The notes under the pieces are model-generated. The model had not been told where the DNA came from and made no database searches. It saw nothing but the letters and a program-made list of their open reading frames with translations. From Candidatus Latescibacterota bacterium (GTDB taxonomy: Bacteria > Latescibacterota > UBA2968 > UBA8231): DNA of 64,000 nucleotides. Location of the stretch: NCBI GenBank assembly GCA_965248265.1, contig CBDFJF010000002.1, positions 1,024,001-1,088,000 on the forward strand, written 5' to 3'. The position numbers and the translations under genes are program-made. Of the stretch, positions 47,202 to 57,642 are shown piece by piece; the first letter of the stretch is position 1; each line of letters begins with the position of its first letter.

Positions 47202-48551
47202 TCACGCCAGGCGGTGAAACCCGGATCGTTTTTCTGGTCCACCGATTCTCTGCTCGATGTCGCCGGCGTGGATGGCCTCGGCGAGCTCCGCCATGACGGG
47301 CTCGGCGGCCTCCAGAAACGCGTCGACATGGCGATCTTCATGCGCCAGCATGGGATAGATTCCCGCGATTGAGAGAAACCCGCGCTCCAGCATGCGCGCG
47401 GTCCAGAGCGTGAAGAAGGCGTTGGATTCGGGATGGTCTATGCTGAAGTACATGAGGCACGGATGGCATGAGAACGACCACGGCACTTTGTGTGCCTGCG
47501 CCAGTTTCGCCAGACCGTCCCGCACTCGGGTGCCGATGCGGGCAAGGTGAGCGGGCACATCGAGGCGCATGTGCTTCTTGACGGCTGCCAGAGCCGCGGC
47601 CGGACCGACGGCCTCACTCCAGTACGCGCTCGAGATAAAGGTTTCGTGGAAACCGCTCATGGCGTCGGCCTTACCGAGAACGGCCGCCATGGGATGTCCA
47701 TTGCCGAGCGACTTGGCGAAGACCGCCATGTCGGGCCACACTCCGTAGTTGAGATGCGAGCCGCCGCGACAGAGCTTCCAGCTGATCGTGATCTCGTCGA
47801 ATATCAAGCGGGCCCCGCAGTGATCGGCCAGCTCACGTGCGCCTTCGAGGAACCGGGGCTCCGGCTCGGAGTTGCGGGTGGTCTCCAGCACGATGGCGGC
47901 CAGCTCGGATCCGTGTGTGTCGACGATCGCCTTGAGGTCATCAAGCTGGTTGTACGCGAACGGCAACGTCATACCGCCCAGACCGCGTGGGACACCGGCC
48001 GGCTCCAGGCCCGGCAACAGGTGCCAGTCGCCAAGTCGATCGGCCGTCGTGCCGTCCTGGTTGGGCATGTTGGCGGCCAGGTACCAGTCGTGCCATCCAT
48101 GGTAACCGCAAAACGCGACCTTGTCGCGCCGCGTGCTCGCGCGTGCGATGCGAACGGCGATGGTCATGGTCTCGCCGCCCAGGCGGCCAAAGCGGACGTG
48201 TTCGGCCCAGGGATGAAGCTCCAACAGCAGCTGGGCGAGCTCGACTTCTTCGGGCGGGTTCAGCGCGCACATCGATCCATCCTGCACGCGCCGCACGACG
48301 GCTTCGGTGACATCGGGGTCGGCGTATCCGAGCGCAGTGGCGCCAACGCCACACTGCCCCATGTCCACGTAGGTCTGACCGTCGAGGTCGGTGACCTCGC
48401 ATCCCTGCGCCTTGACGGCGTAAGGCGGCCACTGCTCGGGGGCACGAAGCTCTTGCCGGAACCCGAACAGCCCGGTCGCACCGGGAATCAAACGCTTCGC
48501 TTTGTCGTACAACGCCTGCCCGGCGGGAATCGTGTGGCTCGAGGGTTTCAT
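47202..48551 (-). CDS. Class III aminotransferase (glutamate-1-semialdehyde aminomutase-like)
   Basis: D.DG.TY.D, GYHGWHDW, IFDE, FAKSLGNG. Start at ATG 48551 with AAGGAG. Confidence 0.9.
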   Translation of the reverse strand: MKPSSHTIPAGQALYDKAKRLIPGATGLFGFRQELRAPEQWPPYAVKAQGCEVTDLDGQTYVDMGQCGVGATALGYADPDVTEAVVRRVQDGSMCALNPPEEVELAQLLLELHPWAEHVRFGRLGGETMTIAVRIARASTRRDKVAFCGYHGWHDWYLAANMPNQDGTTADRLGDWHLLPGLEPAGVPRGLGGMTLPFAYNQLDDLKAIVDTHGSELAAIVLETTRNSEPEPRFLEGARELADHCGARLIFDEITISWKLCRGGSHLNYGVWPDMAVFAKSLGNGHPMAAVLGKADAMSGFHETFISSAYWSEAVGPAAALAAVKKHMRLDVPAHLARIGTRVRDGLAKLAQAHKVPWSFSCHPCLMYFSIDHPESNAFFTLWTARMLERGFLSIAGIYPMLAHEDRHVDAFLEAAEPVMAELAEAIHAGDIEQRIGGPEKRSGFHRLA

Positions 48552-48667
48552 CGGCTCCGGTCTCCTTGTCGCACTTCGTGACTGCCGGCGAAATAACCGC
48601 AAAAGGGGATCGGATCGTCAAGCAGGCGAGGCTCGAGTCACTCGACGCACATCGAGCTTCGGTATCC

Positions 48668-49921
48668 ATGCTGGATGCCTATGTGCGGGATCTGTGGGGT
48701 TTCGACCGCAACGTCCGACTCTACCTCATCAGCGGCGCGCTGGTCGGGTTTGCCGCGGCGGGTGGCATATACACGGTTCTCTCGAATCTCTACATCCTGA
48801 GGCTGGGGTACGGTTTCGAGCTGGTGGGGTCGGTCAATGCGGTCGGCGCCTTCGCCTATTCCCTGTTCTGTCTTCCCGCCGGCGCCATGGGCAGACGGTG
48901 GGGTACCCGCCGCATGATGGTGATCGGCATGGTGCTGATCACGGTGGGCAACGGCATGCTGCCCATGGCGGAACTCATGCACGAGTCGTGGCGGGCCGAA
49001 TGGCTCGTCCTGGGCCGGGTGCCCAGGGCGTTCGGCTTCGCCCTGTATCTCGTCAACGGCAGCCCGTTTCTGATCGCCGCCACAGAAAGAGCCAGGCGTC
49101 ATCATGTGTTCTCGGTGCAAGCGTCGATGCAGCCGCTGGCCGCCGTGGCCGGCAGTGTGGCCGGAGGCCTACTGCCCGGATTGTTCGCGGTGGTTCTCGA
49201 TGTGGGACTGGACCAGGCCGCCCCGTACCGCTACCCCCTGGTACTGGCATCGCTCCTTCTGATCCCCGCGGTAATGGCTCTGTGGGCGACCCGGGGAGTG
49301 GAGCCGCCTGCAGGCACTGCCGCCACCGCCGACACGGCTCCGATCCCCACCGGCCCCGTGGTCTGCGTCACCGTGGTCGCTTTTCTCGTGACCGTCGGCC
49401 TGGCGGTAACGCAGACGTTCTTCAACGTGTATATGGACGACGGACTGCAGCAGTCCACAGCGCTGATCGGCCTGCTGATCGCAGCGGCTCAGCTCGTCAG
49501 CGGCGTCGCCGCTCTGGCGTCCCCGATGATCGCGGCTCGATGGGGCAAGGTACCGGCCATCGGAGTGGCGTCGCTGGCGACGGCCGTGTTTCTGCTGCCG
49601 CTGGCCTTCATCCCGAACTGGGTCGCCGTCGGTCTTGGATGCATTGGCGTGTTCGCCATGACAGCCTTGCGGAACCCACTGTTCACCGTCTTCGGGCAGG
49701 AGATGGTTGCCGCCCGGTGGCGGCCGACGATCTCGGCGGCGATGTCGATGGCTGCCGGACTGAGCTACGCCGGCGTCGCTATCGCAGGCGGTTATCTGAT
49801 TCCCGTTTTCGGTTACACTGCCTGCTTCGGCCTGTCAGCTGTTGTGGTCGCTGCAGGAGCACTTCTCTTCGTGATCTATTTTCGGATTCCTCGCGGCGAG
49901 CACGCCGGCGGGAGGTCCTGA
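48668..49921 (+). CDS. MFS transporter
   Basis: About 12 hydrophobic helices; motif A-like G.MGRRWGTRR. Confidence 0.88.
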   Translation: MLDAYVRDLWGFDRNVRLYLISGALVGFAAAGGIYTVLSNLYILRLGYGFELVGSVNAVGAFAYSLFCLPAGAMGRRWGTRRMMVIGMVLITVGNGMLPMAELMHESWRAEWLVLGRVPRAFGFALYLVNGSPFLIAATERARRHHVFSVQASMQPLAAVAGSVAGGLLPGLFAVVLDVGLDQAAPYRYPLVLASLLLIPAVMALWATRGVEPPAGTAATADTAPIPTGPVVCVTVVAFLVTVGLAVTQTFFNVYMDDGLQQSTALIGLLIAAAQLVSGVAALASPMIAARWGKVPAIGVASLATAVFLLPLAFIPNWVAVGLGCIGVFAMTALRNPLFTVFGQEMVAARWRPTISAAMSMAAGLSYAGVAIAGGYLIPVFGYTACFGLSAVVVAAGALLFVIYFRIPRGEHAGGRS

Positions 49922-49954
49922 CACACCACCATAGACTGCCAATCTCGTTTCACA

Positions 49955-51742
49955 CTACTCCTGCCTTGGGCTTTGCCGGGTAGCGAGCCTCAACCGACGG
50001 CGCACGGGGCTCCAGCCTTCGATGAACGGACCTACCGAGACTTCATCTCCCGTGTACGGACGACCGAAGTAATCGAGACTCAGCAGCTCTTCGCGGCCCA
50101 CCATCAGGACGGCATCGGTGGGTGATGACCACTCCAACCCCTGGTCATCACCGATAGCGATGTCGAGCGCCATCGTCGTGCTGTGGGTGTCCTGGCCATT
50201 CGCCTGCCAGTCGCCCAGGCTGAAGTCCTCACCCATGTCGGAGAAGATGTTGTAGTCGGAGACATTCTCTTTGGCGAACTCGAAACCAACCGGGCACTGT
50301 GCGATGATGTTGTTGATGATGCGGTTGTGCTTGCAGACGCCCACCCGGTCCCGCTTCGGATTCTTCGACATGCGAATCCCGGGAAGACCGCAATTCAGTA
50401 TCAGATTGTGGGCAATCAGGACCTGATCAATGTCCTGCGGGAAGACGCCACTGCCCCCTATCACGTTGTAGATGATGTTGTGGTCGATGAGGCAGAGGAA
50501 ATTCGATTTCTCGGGGAAGATCGCGCCACTGGTGACGGCAATGTCGTGCACGAGGTTCCGGCATACACGGGTATTCCAGTTCCACACATCGATCCAGATG
50601 GCGGGAGCCGCAACGATGTCGTGAAAGTGATTGCACTGCAACAAACAGTCGGCAGTGTAGACGGTCTTGATGGCTCCCGTGTGCCAGTAGCGCTCGATTT
50701 CCTGCCAGCCACAATCGTGGATGTGGTTGTCGGCGATCAAGGTGCGCGAGACAACGTGGCCCTGGATGCCCCCCGTGCCGCAGTCGTGGATCTCATTGCG
50801 CAGTACCAGGTGGTCGCCGGTGCCTTTCCGTGCTTCCTCCATGGCTATGCTGTCTGATTCTTTGTCGGTGCGCGCGCCGATCTCGAGGCCCACAGCATTG
50901 ATTTGACGGATGATGTTGTCCTCGATGATCCAGTGGTGCCCACCCCAGGTCGTCACGGCGCCGTTGCCGTAACACATGAAGCCGTTGCCCGCATGCTCGA
51001 AGGTCAAGCCTTTTAATCGTATGTACCCCAACCCCGCCACCTGGGGCTGGAAGAGGAACTGCTGGGTCGTGGCCTCCATTTGACAGGTGTTGGGGTCGGC
51101 GCGGTCGAAGGGTTTCACGTGGAGTTTGCGGTGTTCGGCATCAATCCAGAACGTGCCGGCGACCTGGGGCAATTCATCGTGGGTCCCAAGTTGAATCAGA
51201 CGCTGACCGTCCTGGAAGACCATCGCCCGGGGCAAGGTGTGCGGGACCCGTCCGAGCTCCGCGTGCGCCCATGGCATGCTCTCGAAATCCTCCTCCGTGG
51301 TGCAGACGACGGCAAAAGGATGGTCCCCTTCGAAGAAGGCCTCGGGCAGCTCCGCCATCCACACACTGACCGAGCGGGCCACGTCTGAACCCGTCCACGG
51401 GCTCAGCACCTGCGAACCGCGGATGGTGGCGTCAGCCCCCGGCGCGGCCTCGAAACTGATCATGCCATCCGTCCCCGTACCGCCTTGTCGGGGCTGGACC
51501 AACTCCCGGTAGACGCCCGACTTGATCAGAACCTTTTCGCCCGGCCCGACGACCTCGGCGGCTGCCTGGATGGTGACAAACGGCGCCTCTTCGGTACCCT
51601 GGTTGTCGTCTGCCGCGTCGGGGTGCTGCTGATCCACGTAGTAGACTTTGCGGTAATCTGTCTCATCCTGCCAGATCTGGAACGGTGTCCCGTCCGGAAG
51701 AAGCGTTGGAACGTCTTTCTCAATACTCGAGCGCGTCGTCAT
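49955..51742 (-). CDS. DUF1565 / right-handed parallel beta-helix protein (GH120-like)
   Basis: DDN.GTEEAPF.TIQAAA, GVYRE, repeated N.IHD strands. Confidence 0.8.
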   Translation of the reverse strand: MTTRSSIEKDVPTLLPDGTPFQIWQDETDYRKVYYVDQQHPDAADDNQGTEEAPFVTIQAAAEVVGPGEKVLIKSGVYRELVQPRQGGTGTDGMISFEAAPGADATIRGSQVLSPWTGSDVARSVSVWMAELPEAFFEGDHPFAVVCTTEEDFESMPWAHAELGRVPHTLPRAMVFQDGQRLIQLGTHDELPQVAGTFWIDAEHRKLHVKPFDRADPNTCQMEATTQQFLFQPQVAGLGYIRLKGLTFEHAGNGFMCYGNGAVTTWGGHHWIIEDNIIRQINAVGLEIGARTDKESDSIAMEEARKGTGDHLVLRNEIHDCGTGGIQGHVVSRTLIADNHIHDCGWQEIERYWHTGAIKTVYTADCLLQCNHFHDIVAAPAIWIDVWNWNTRVCRNLVHDIAVTSGAIFPEKSNFLCLIDHNIIYNVIGGSGVFPQDIDQVLIAHNLILNCGLPGIRMSKNPKRDRVGVCKHNRIINNIIAQCPVGFEFAKENVSDYNIFSDMGEDFSLGDWQANGQDTHSTTMALDIAIGDDQGLEWSSPTDAVLMVGREELLSLDYFGRPYTGDEVSVGPFIEGWSPVRRRLRLATRQSPRQE

Positions 51743-51760
51743 TTTCTATCTGTCCCTTAT

Positions 51761-51792
51761 CATCAGATAACGTCAACCATCAGATAACTTCA
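51761..51792. repeat. Intergenic direct repeat with 17-bp period
   Basis: CATCAGATAACGTCA at 51761 and CATCAGATAACTTCA at 51778. Confidence 0.6.
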
Positions 51793-51805
51793 TAACGTTT
51801 CGTCA

Positions 51806-53248
51806 TCACATCTCCACGTCGTGCCACGGCATCTCTGCGTGCCAGGCCTCAAGACGAGCTCGAAGGTCGGCGGCTACCTTGCGTTGCGCGCCGGGGATAT
51901 CGTCGAGCTGGTAGGGGTCCTGCCGCAGATCGTAGAAGCAGGACTCGGTTTCGGTGATGCGACGCTCGTCCTCATCGAGCCTCATCCCGTACGTGTGGGA
52001 GGTCGTGCGCACACCGATGTCGCCGCGGGTCGTTTCAATGAAAGCCTGATCAGGCGCAGGCCCGTCGCCGCACAGCGCCGGGACCAGGCTATGCCCCTGC
52101 ACACTGTCCGGCACCTGTGCACCGGCCAATTCGAGCACCGTCGGCATGACGTCGACGAGGGAGGCCACGCCATCTTCGCAGACGCGGCTGCGCCAGCGGG
52201 ATGGGCAGTGCCACACCATGGGGACACGGATCGATTCTTCGATCAATCGCCCCTTGTTGAACAGGCCGTGGCTGCCCAGGTTGTCGCCGTGGTCGGAGAT
52301 GAAGAGGATGATGGTGTCGCGGTCGAGGCCATGCGTCTGGAGGCCGGCCGTGAGCCGGCCCACCATGTCGTCGACCCAGCTCGTCAGGCCGTAGTAGCGG
52401 GCAATTAGGTGGCGGAGCGTGAAACCCTCGGGCAGGTGCTCGGTGTGGGCCTCATGCTCCTGGTAGTAGATGAAATCCCAGAGATAGATTTTGAACCAGT
52501 CTTCGTCGTAGGGCAGGCTGCCGTCGGCGCGCCATACATTGTCGCGCAGCGGCACCTCCTCCGGGGCATACATGCGCAGGTACTCCTCCGGCGCGTCGTC
52601 CAGGGGCATGTGCGGCGGCGAGATGGAATAGAAGAGGAAGAACGGCTTGTCCTGCCCGGCGACGCTGTTGAGATAATCAGCGACGGCACGGGACTCGTAA
52701 TCGACGCTGAATCCGTCGACCAGCTCGCCCTCACCCATGTTCTCGACAAAGGTCTGGCCCGTGTGTCGATGATGGACGCGGGGATAGAGGCTGTAGTCGA
52801 AGCCGGTCTGCGGCGGTGACGGCTGGACGTGCCACTTGCCGATGAGGGTGGTCTCGTAGCCGACGGCCTTGAGCTGCTCCGGCAGGGTCGGGTCCACGAG
52901 AAATCGGCGAGCCTCCTCCGGGTACTCCGGCACGTTGAATCGGTCTGGCCCCCCAGGATCCTTGTAGTTGCCGAGGAAGCCGTTACAGGTGCGGCTGTAC
53001 TGCCCGCTCAGCAGGCAGGAGCGCGCCGCCATGCAGACCGGATTGTTGCTGACGGCGTGCTCGAAGCGCACCCCTTCGACGGCGAGCCGATCGATGTGCG
53101 GGGTACGGATCACGTCGTTACCGTAGCATCCCACCTCGAAAGACCGCAGCTGGTCGCACATCACGACGATGATGTTGGGCCGCTCCAGGACATTGCCGAC
53201 TCCGCGGCCGTTCACTCCTTCCGTTCCCATCACAGATCCCTTCGTCAT
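51806..53248 (-). CDS. Sulfatase (CxAxR variant)
   Basis: MCDQLR, NPVCMAARS, GKWH, PPH.P, SDHG. The start is coupled to the upstream stop (TAATG at 53250-53246). Confidence 0.9.
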   Translation of the reverse strand: MTKGSVMGTEGVNGRGVGNVLERPNIIVVMCDQLRSFEVGCYGNDVIRTPHIDRLAVEGVRFEHAVSNNPVCMAARSCLLSGQYSRTCNGFLGNYKDPGGPDRFNVPEYPEEARRFLVDPTLPEQLKAVGYETTLIGKWHVQPSPPQTGFDYSLYPRVHHRHTGQTFVENMGEGELVDGFSVDYESRAVADYLNSVAGQDKPFFLFYSISPPHMPLDDAPEEYLRMYAPEEVPLRDNVWRADGSLPYDEDWFKIYLWDFIYYQEHEAHTEHLPEGFTLRHLIARYYGLTSWVDDMVGRLTAGLQTHGLDRDTIILFISDHGDNLGSHGLFNKGRLIEESIRVPMVWHCPSRWRSRVCEDGVASLVDVMPTVLELAGAQVPDSVQGHSLVPALCGDGPAPDQAFIETTRGDIGVRTTSHTYGMRLDEDERRITETESCFYDLRQDPYQLDDIPGAQRKVAADLRARLEAWHAEMPWHDVEM

Positions 53249-55221
53249 TAGTACATCATGCTCAGGCCGTTTCCCATCATCCCAGTGAAATAGTCGACGA
53301 TGAGCCAGAATCCCCCGGCCACGAACTGACCCAGGATCAACCCGTAGAACACGGGAATGAGGGCGCGGTAAGCTTTGAGACCACCGTACTTCAAGAGGAC
53401 AGACTTGAGCATCCAGGCCAGGAAGATCGGAAACCAGGCCGTACCCATCACCCTGTCCATACTGGCCACGAAGCCAAGAGGATGCAACGGCCACCACAGG
53501 AACCGGCGCTGCAGCATGATCAAACCGGCCATCACTCCGCCTCCCAGCAGCCGGATGAACCATCCCAGCCAGTTCGGTCCGGCATTCTCCTCGACCCGGC
53601 GTCCGACGTACTCCCAGGTAAAGTCCGGCAACCCGGCGAGGGAACCGTCTACATTGATGCCTCCCTCTCGATACGCTATCGACAGCGTCATCCAGAAGGT
53701 GCTGAATGCGGAAATCCCGATCGCGATCGCCAACGCCAGCAGCAACCAGTGCTTGCGATAGGCGATTTCCCCGCTCAGCTTCAACCCCGTGGCGGCATGT
53801 ACCATCATCGAGCTCTGCACGGATTCCGTCCATATGACGGTCGGTCCCATTGCCGCGATCCCGGTAGGACTTACGTACTTTGCCCCAATTCCCGAGATCA
53901 CGAAGTCCAGTGGGATATTGCGCGGAAACACTATGGGCAATCCGGCCTCGGCGATGATGCGCGTGAGGCTGACAAAGGTCACCAACGCGCCAAATAGAAA
54001 CAGCAACCCCGCCCACAGGGGCAATCCCGCGTGCCACAGCCACAGATTCATCCCGACCAGTCCGAGCATCACTCCCCACACCGCAGTGCGGTAGGACATG
54101 ATTTCATCAGAATCGTCCACCGAATCATCCCCTCGAAAGGCCTTGCGGAAAACATGTCGCAGATGCCCGCGGGCGATCCAGAGTCCGAACAGGACCATCG
54201 CCATCATGGCCCCGATGCTCTGGTGAGCCAGGATTCCCCTGACGCCGCCGCCGCCACCATAGTTGGACAGCGCCTCTCCGAGGCCCGCCCCCGTCAACGT
54301 CAGTATCCCCTCCTCCATCGTCCGCAGCAGGGTGAACACCCACATCCCGAGCATGACGTCCGGTTTGAGGAAATACGCGAACCCCAGGATCATCAGATTC
54401 AGATAAAAGGAAACACTGAGGACACCTCGCCACAGCGTGATGTTCCCGAAATTGGCTGGAATCACGGGTACGAAAGGGAAGTAGTGGTTGAGGGCATTGA
54501 GGCTCTCGCGGGTGAACGCCAGCAGCAGGCCTACCCACATCAATGGGCTCTTGAAGAACGGCGCTACCAGCGATCCGCGAGACGGCGACTCCGCCATGGC
54601 CAGCGGAACCTTGGTGATAGGGTAAATGAGATGCTCGTTCTCGACCCACTGGCGGCGGAGGATGACCATAGCGCAGATGCTGAACATCCACAGCGCCGCC
54701 ATAAACGCCAGCCACCACAGAAGCGGCGGCAGCCACATGTCCCAGGGAATGGACTCCCCGTCCGGCAAGCCTTCGAAAAACCACCGGATTCCCAGTTCAT
54801 CGTGGGGGACCAGCCAATCCGCCACGTAGGGGTGAACCCGGTCCACCCACTCGTTCTCCGGCTTCGCCAGGTAGAATACCCCGGCCGTGGATCCCAACAG
54901 CATCATGCAGAAGCCGTTGCGCTCGCCTCCCGCGAAGGCCGTGGCCACGACCATCATGATGTAGATGGTCAGCAACTCCCCCTTGCCCAGGACCAACTTC
55001 CGGTGAATGAGCCCCAACAACACCTGGACGAAACAGACCCACACGAAGAACAGGAAAAACGCGGCGGGACCATTCAACGCACTCATGTGGCTGCCCATGA
55101 TGACGTACGCACCATAGGGCTCGCCCACGCCGATCAACAGACTGAGTGCTGCTCCGATGATCAGAGAGCGCGGCGTCACCCCCGACGCAGGTGCCGGCTG
55201 TATTTCCGTTGTCCCTGACAA
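53248..55221 (-). CDS. DUF6785/DUF6784-type polytopic membrane protein (putative transporter)
   Basis: T.RS..IG, ELL.IY.M, ILRRQW...EHL.YP, RI.AEAG, WWPLHPLG, KYGG, GLILG. Confidence 0.8.
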   Translation of the reverse strand: MSGTTEIQPAPASGVTPRSLIIGAALSLLIGVGEPYGAYVIMGSHMSALNGPAAFFLFFVWVCFVQVLLGLIHRKLVLGKGELLTIYIMMVVATAFAGGERNGFCMMLLGSTAGVFYLAKPENEWVDRVHPYVADWLVPHDELGIRWFFEGLPDGESIPWDMWLPPLLWWLAFMAALWMFSICAMVILRRQWVENEHLIYPITKVPLAMAESPSRGSLVAPFFKSPLMWVGLLLAFTRESLNALNHYFPFVPVIPANFGNITLWRGVLSVSFYLNLMILGFAYFLKPDVMLGMWVFTLLRTMEEGILTLTGAGLGEALSNYGGGGGVRGILAHQSIGAMMAMVLFGLWIARGHLRHVFRKAFRGDDSVDDSDEIMSYRTAVWGVMLGLVGMNLWLWHAGLPLWAGLLFLFGALVTFVSLTRIIAEAGLPIVFPRNIPLDFVISGIGAKYVSPTGIAAMGPTVIWTESVQSSMMVHAATGLKLSGEIAYRKHWLLLALAIAIGISAFSTFWMTLSIAYREGGINVDGSLAGLPDFTWEYVGRRVEENAGPNWLGWFIRLLGGGVMAGLIMLQRRFLWWPLHPLGFVASMDRVMGTAWFPIFLAWMLKSVLLKYGGLKAYRALIPVFYGLILGQFVAGGFWLIVDYFTGMMGNGLSMMY

Positions 55222-55449
55222 ACCCAGTGGTCGTTCGCCTGTCTCTGATAATGTGTTACCTATCCACGCGCTCGGTTGAGGATAGACCGGCCTCCCTCAC
55301 GAGTCCAGCGCGCACCTGGGCCAACCTGTTCTGGAGAGCGAAGGCGAAGCTGACTACATTCCGTGGCGTTCGAGGGCCAGCGCGGATCCCGAATTCCCCA
55401 ACGCTAAAGACCCAGTTTCACCGTTCATCGAACTGCAGGAGACCAACCG

Positions 55450-56358
55450 ATGGAGCATCGTCAGCTTGGTAAAGAAGGCCCGCAGATACCTGTCGTGGGG
55501 TTGGGTGCGTTCCCTCTTGGCGGCGCCATGGGGCGCTTGGACGAACAGATCGCCATCGACACCGTCCGCGCTGCCATCGACAGCGGCATCACGCTGATCG
55601 ATACGGCCCGTGGTTACCAGACCAGTGAAGAGACGATTGGCAAGGCGCTCAAGGCAGGCTACCGGGATCGATGCTTCCTGGCTACGAAGGTGAGCGGGGA
55701 TTTCTCGCGCGAGGGCATCGTTTCCTCCATGGAGGACAGTCTTCGGGCGCTGGAAATCGACCACATGGATCTCTACCAGATTCACCGCTGGGATCCAGAG
55801 TATCCGATGGAAGAAAGCATGGAGGCGTTGGCCGGGTTGCAGGCTGATAGCAAAACCCGGTACATCGGTGTCTGCAATTCTGACGTGCAGCAGATGGGTC
55901 AAGCCATGCAGGTCGCTCCGTTCCAATCCAATCAAATCCGCTATAATTTGTTCGACCGCCGCATCGAAGCCGAGGACCTGCCGCATTGTGAGCGCGAGGA
56001 CATCGGTGTGCTCACTCACAGCACCTTGGCCAAGGGACTCCTCGCAGGCCGCTACGGCACCGACTACAGGTTTCCAACGGACGACATGCGCTCCGGATCC
56101 GAGAAATTCCAGGGAGCCATGCTTGCCCGTTTTGTGGCCGCGGCCGATCGATTGAAGGAAGTAGCCGGCGACAAAGGGCTCAGCCTGGTGCAGCTGTCCA
56201 TTGCCTGGGCACTGCGATTGCCTGCGATCACCGCCGTGTTGGTTGGCGCCAAGACTCCGGCTCAGGTCGAGGATTACGCCGGAGGAGTGGGTGTAACATT
56301 CAATGCTGATGAAGTGGATCGTATAGAAGAGATTCTCGCAGAGGCCCCCGACTACTGA
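55450..56358 (+). CDS. Aldo/keto reductase
   Basis: DTA.GY, ATK, DLYQIH, IGVCN, Q..YN. Confidence 0.95.
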   Translation: MEHRQLGKEGPQIPVVGLGAFPLGGAMGRLDEQIAIDTVRAAIDSGITLIDTARGYQTSEETIGKALKAGYRDRCFLATKVSGDFSREGIVSSMEDSLRALEIDHMDLYQIHRWDPEYPMEESMEALAGLQADSKTRYIGVCNSDVQQMGQAMQVAPFQSNQIRYNLFDRRIEAEDLPHCEREDIGVLTHSTLAKGLLAGRYGTDYRFPTDDMRSGSEKFQGAMLARFVAAADRLKEVAGDKGLSLVQLSIAWALRLPAITAVLVGAKTPAQVEDYAGGVGVTFNADEVDRIEEILAEAPDY

Positions 56359-56419
56359 GACGCCGAGGCATCGATGGCCGCGCATCGACCCGCGGTGTCC
56401 ATTTACTTAAGGTTGTGAT

Positions 56420-57499
56420 ATGAAAATAACGAAGATCGAACTCTTTCCGGTTGGAACACGACGCGAGACCCTCAGTCTCAGCCCGCACATCATCATCACG
56501 ATGGCGACCGACGAGGGCCATGTGGGTATCGGAGAAATGTCCGATCTGGGTCACAACCCCATTTTCCCAGACGTCGATCGACTCGACTATCTGCTCAACG
56601 AACGGCTCAAGGGTGTCGATCCGTTCGATCCTGAGAGGATCGATCCAGTCGTAGACGGGCTCGCCAGTCCGCTGGGCGCGGGCATTGACGTAGCCATCCA
56701 CGACCTGCGGGGCAAGATCCTCGGCGTTCCCGTTCACGATCTCTACGGTGGTGCGTACCGTGACCGGCACAAGATCTGCTATCCGATCTTTCGCCAGTCC
56801 GACGCATCCGAGATCGATCCCAACATCGACCGCGTCACCCGTATGCTGGAGCTCGGGTTCGATCTCTTCCGTGTCTATGTGGGTGGCAATGTCGACGTGG
56901 ATGAGCGCTTTTTCCACAAACTCCGGGACCTTCACGGTGACAAGGTCAGGATCAAGTCCCTCGACTTCAGCAAAACGTTGGGTTGGAAGGAATGCGCCGC
57001 CGCCGTCGACCGACTCGACTGGGTCAATCCGATGCTGGTGGAGAGTCCGGCGCCGGACATTCCAGGTAAGGCCATGGTGCGGGAGCGGGTCCGCTTTCCG
57101 ATCAGCGAACACTGCGAAAGTGGAGCCCAGGCAATCGCGTTTGCCGAAGGGCAGGCCGTCGACATCCTCAACCTGGCCGTCTGCAACCACGGAATTCGCC
57201 GTGCTCGAAATCTGTTCTCATTGGCTGAGACCCTGGGGCTCAAGACGCTGATAGGCACGACGCAGGAGCTTTCGATCGGCACTGCCGCGCAGGCTCACCT
57301 CGGGGCATCGGTCGCCAACCTCGATTACCCGGGGGATGCGGCCGGGGCCCAACTGTACCTCGATGACGTGGTCGCGGATCGGGTTCAGTATGACCACGGC
57401 CATCTGGTGGTCCCGACAGGATCGGGGCTGGGTATGGAGCTCGAGGAGGGGAGCTTGACCAAGCTCACCGACCGCACCTGGGAGTTCATGAAGAAGTAA
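56420..57499 (+). CDS. Enolase-superfamily enzyme, galactarate dehydratase II (D-threo-forming)-like
   Basis: GIGEMSD, CYPIFR, FRVYVG, IKSLDFS, ESPAP, PISEH, GTTQELS.GTAA match the Oceanobacillus-type subgroup as I recall it. Confidence 0.8.
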   Translation: MKITKIELFPVGTRRETLSLSPHIIITMATDEGHVGIGEMSDLGHNPIFPDVDRLDYLLNERLKGVDPFDPERIDPVVDGLASPLGAGIDVAIHDLRGKILGVPVHDLYGGAYRDRHKICYPIFRQSDASEIDPNIDRVTRMLELGFDLFRVYVGGNVDVDERFFHKLRDLHGDKVRIKSLDFSKTLGWKECAAAVDRLDWVNPMLVESPAPDIPGKAMVRERVRFPISEHCESGAQAIAFAEGQAVDILNLAVCNHGIRRARNLFSLAETLGLKTLIGTTQELSIGTAAQAHLGASVANLDYPGDAAGAQLYLDDVVADRVQYDHGHLVVPTGSGLGMELEEGSLTKLTDRTWEFMKK

Positions 57500-57642
57500 G
57501 CCGTCGGCAAGAAACGCAGCAGCATCCAAAGCCACTTTGCTGTGCCTGGCTATTGTCTCTGCTTAATGCCCGCAAGGTCAACAGTGAGGAACTGAGTGGA
57601 GGTAGTAATCACTGGGTTGAAGCGGCTGAACCGGGCAGCGTG

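Noticed and set aside
47202-48551. hemL (tetrapyrrole GSA aminomutase)
   Set aside because: It has the GYHGWHDW variant usual in sugar-related class III aminotransferases and no hem gene context, so no symbol was assigned.
53249-54079. 277-aa N-terminal extension of the sulfatase in the ORF track
   Set aside because: It overlaps the DUF6785 gene in another frame; the real start is the coupled ATG at 53248 (or 53230).
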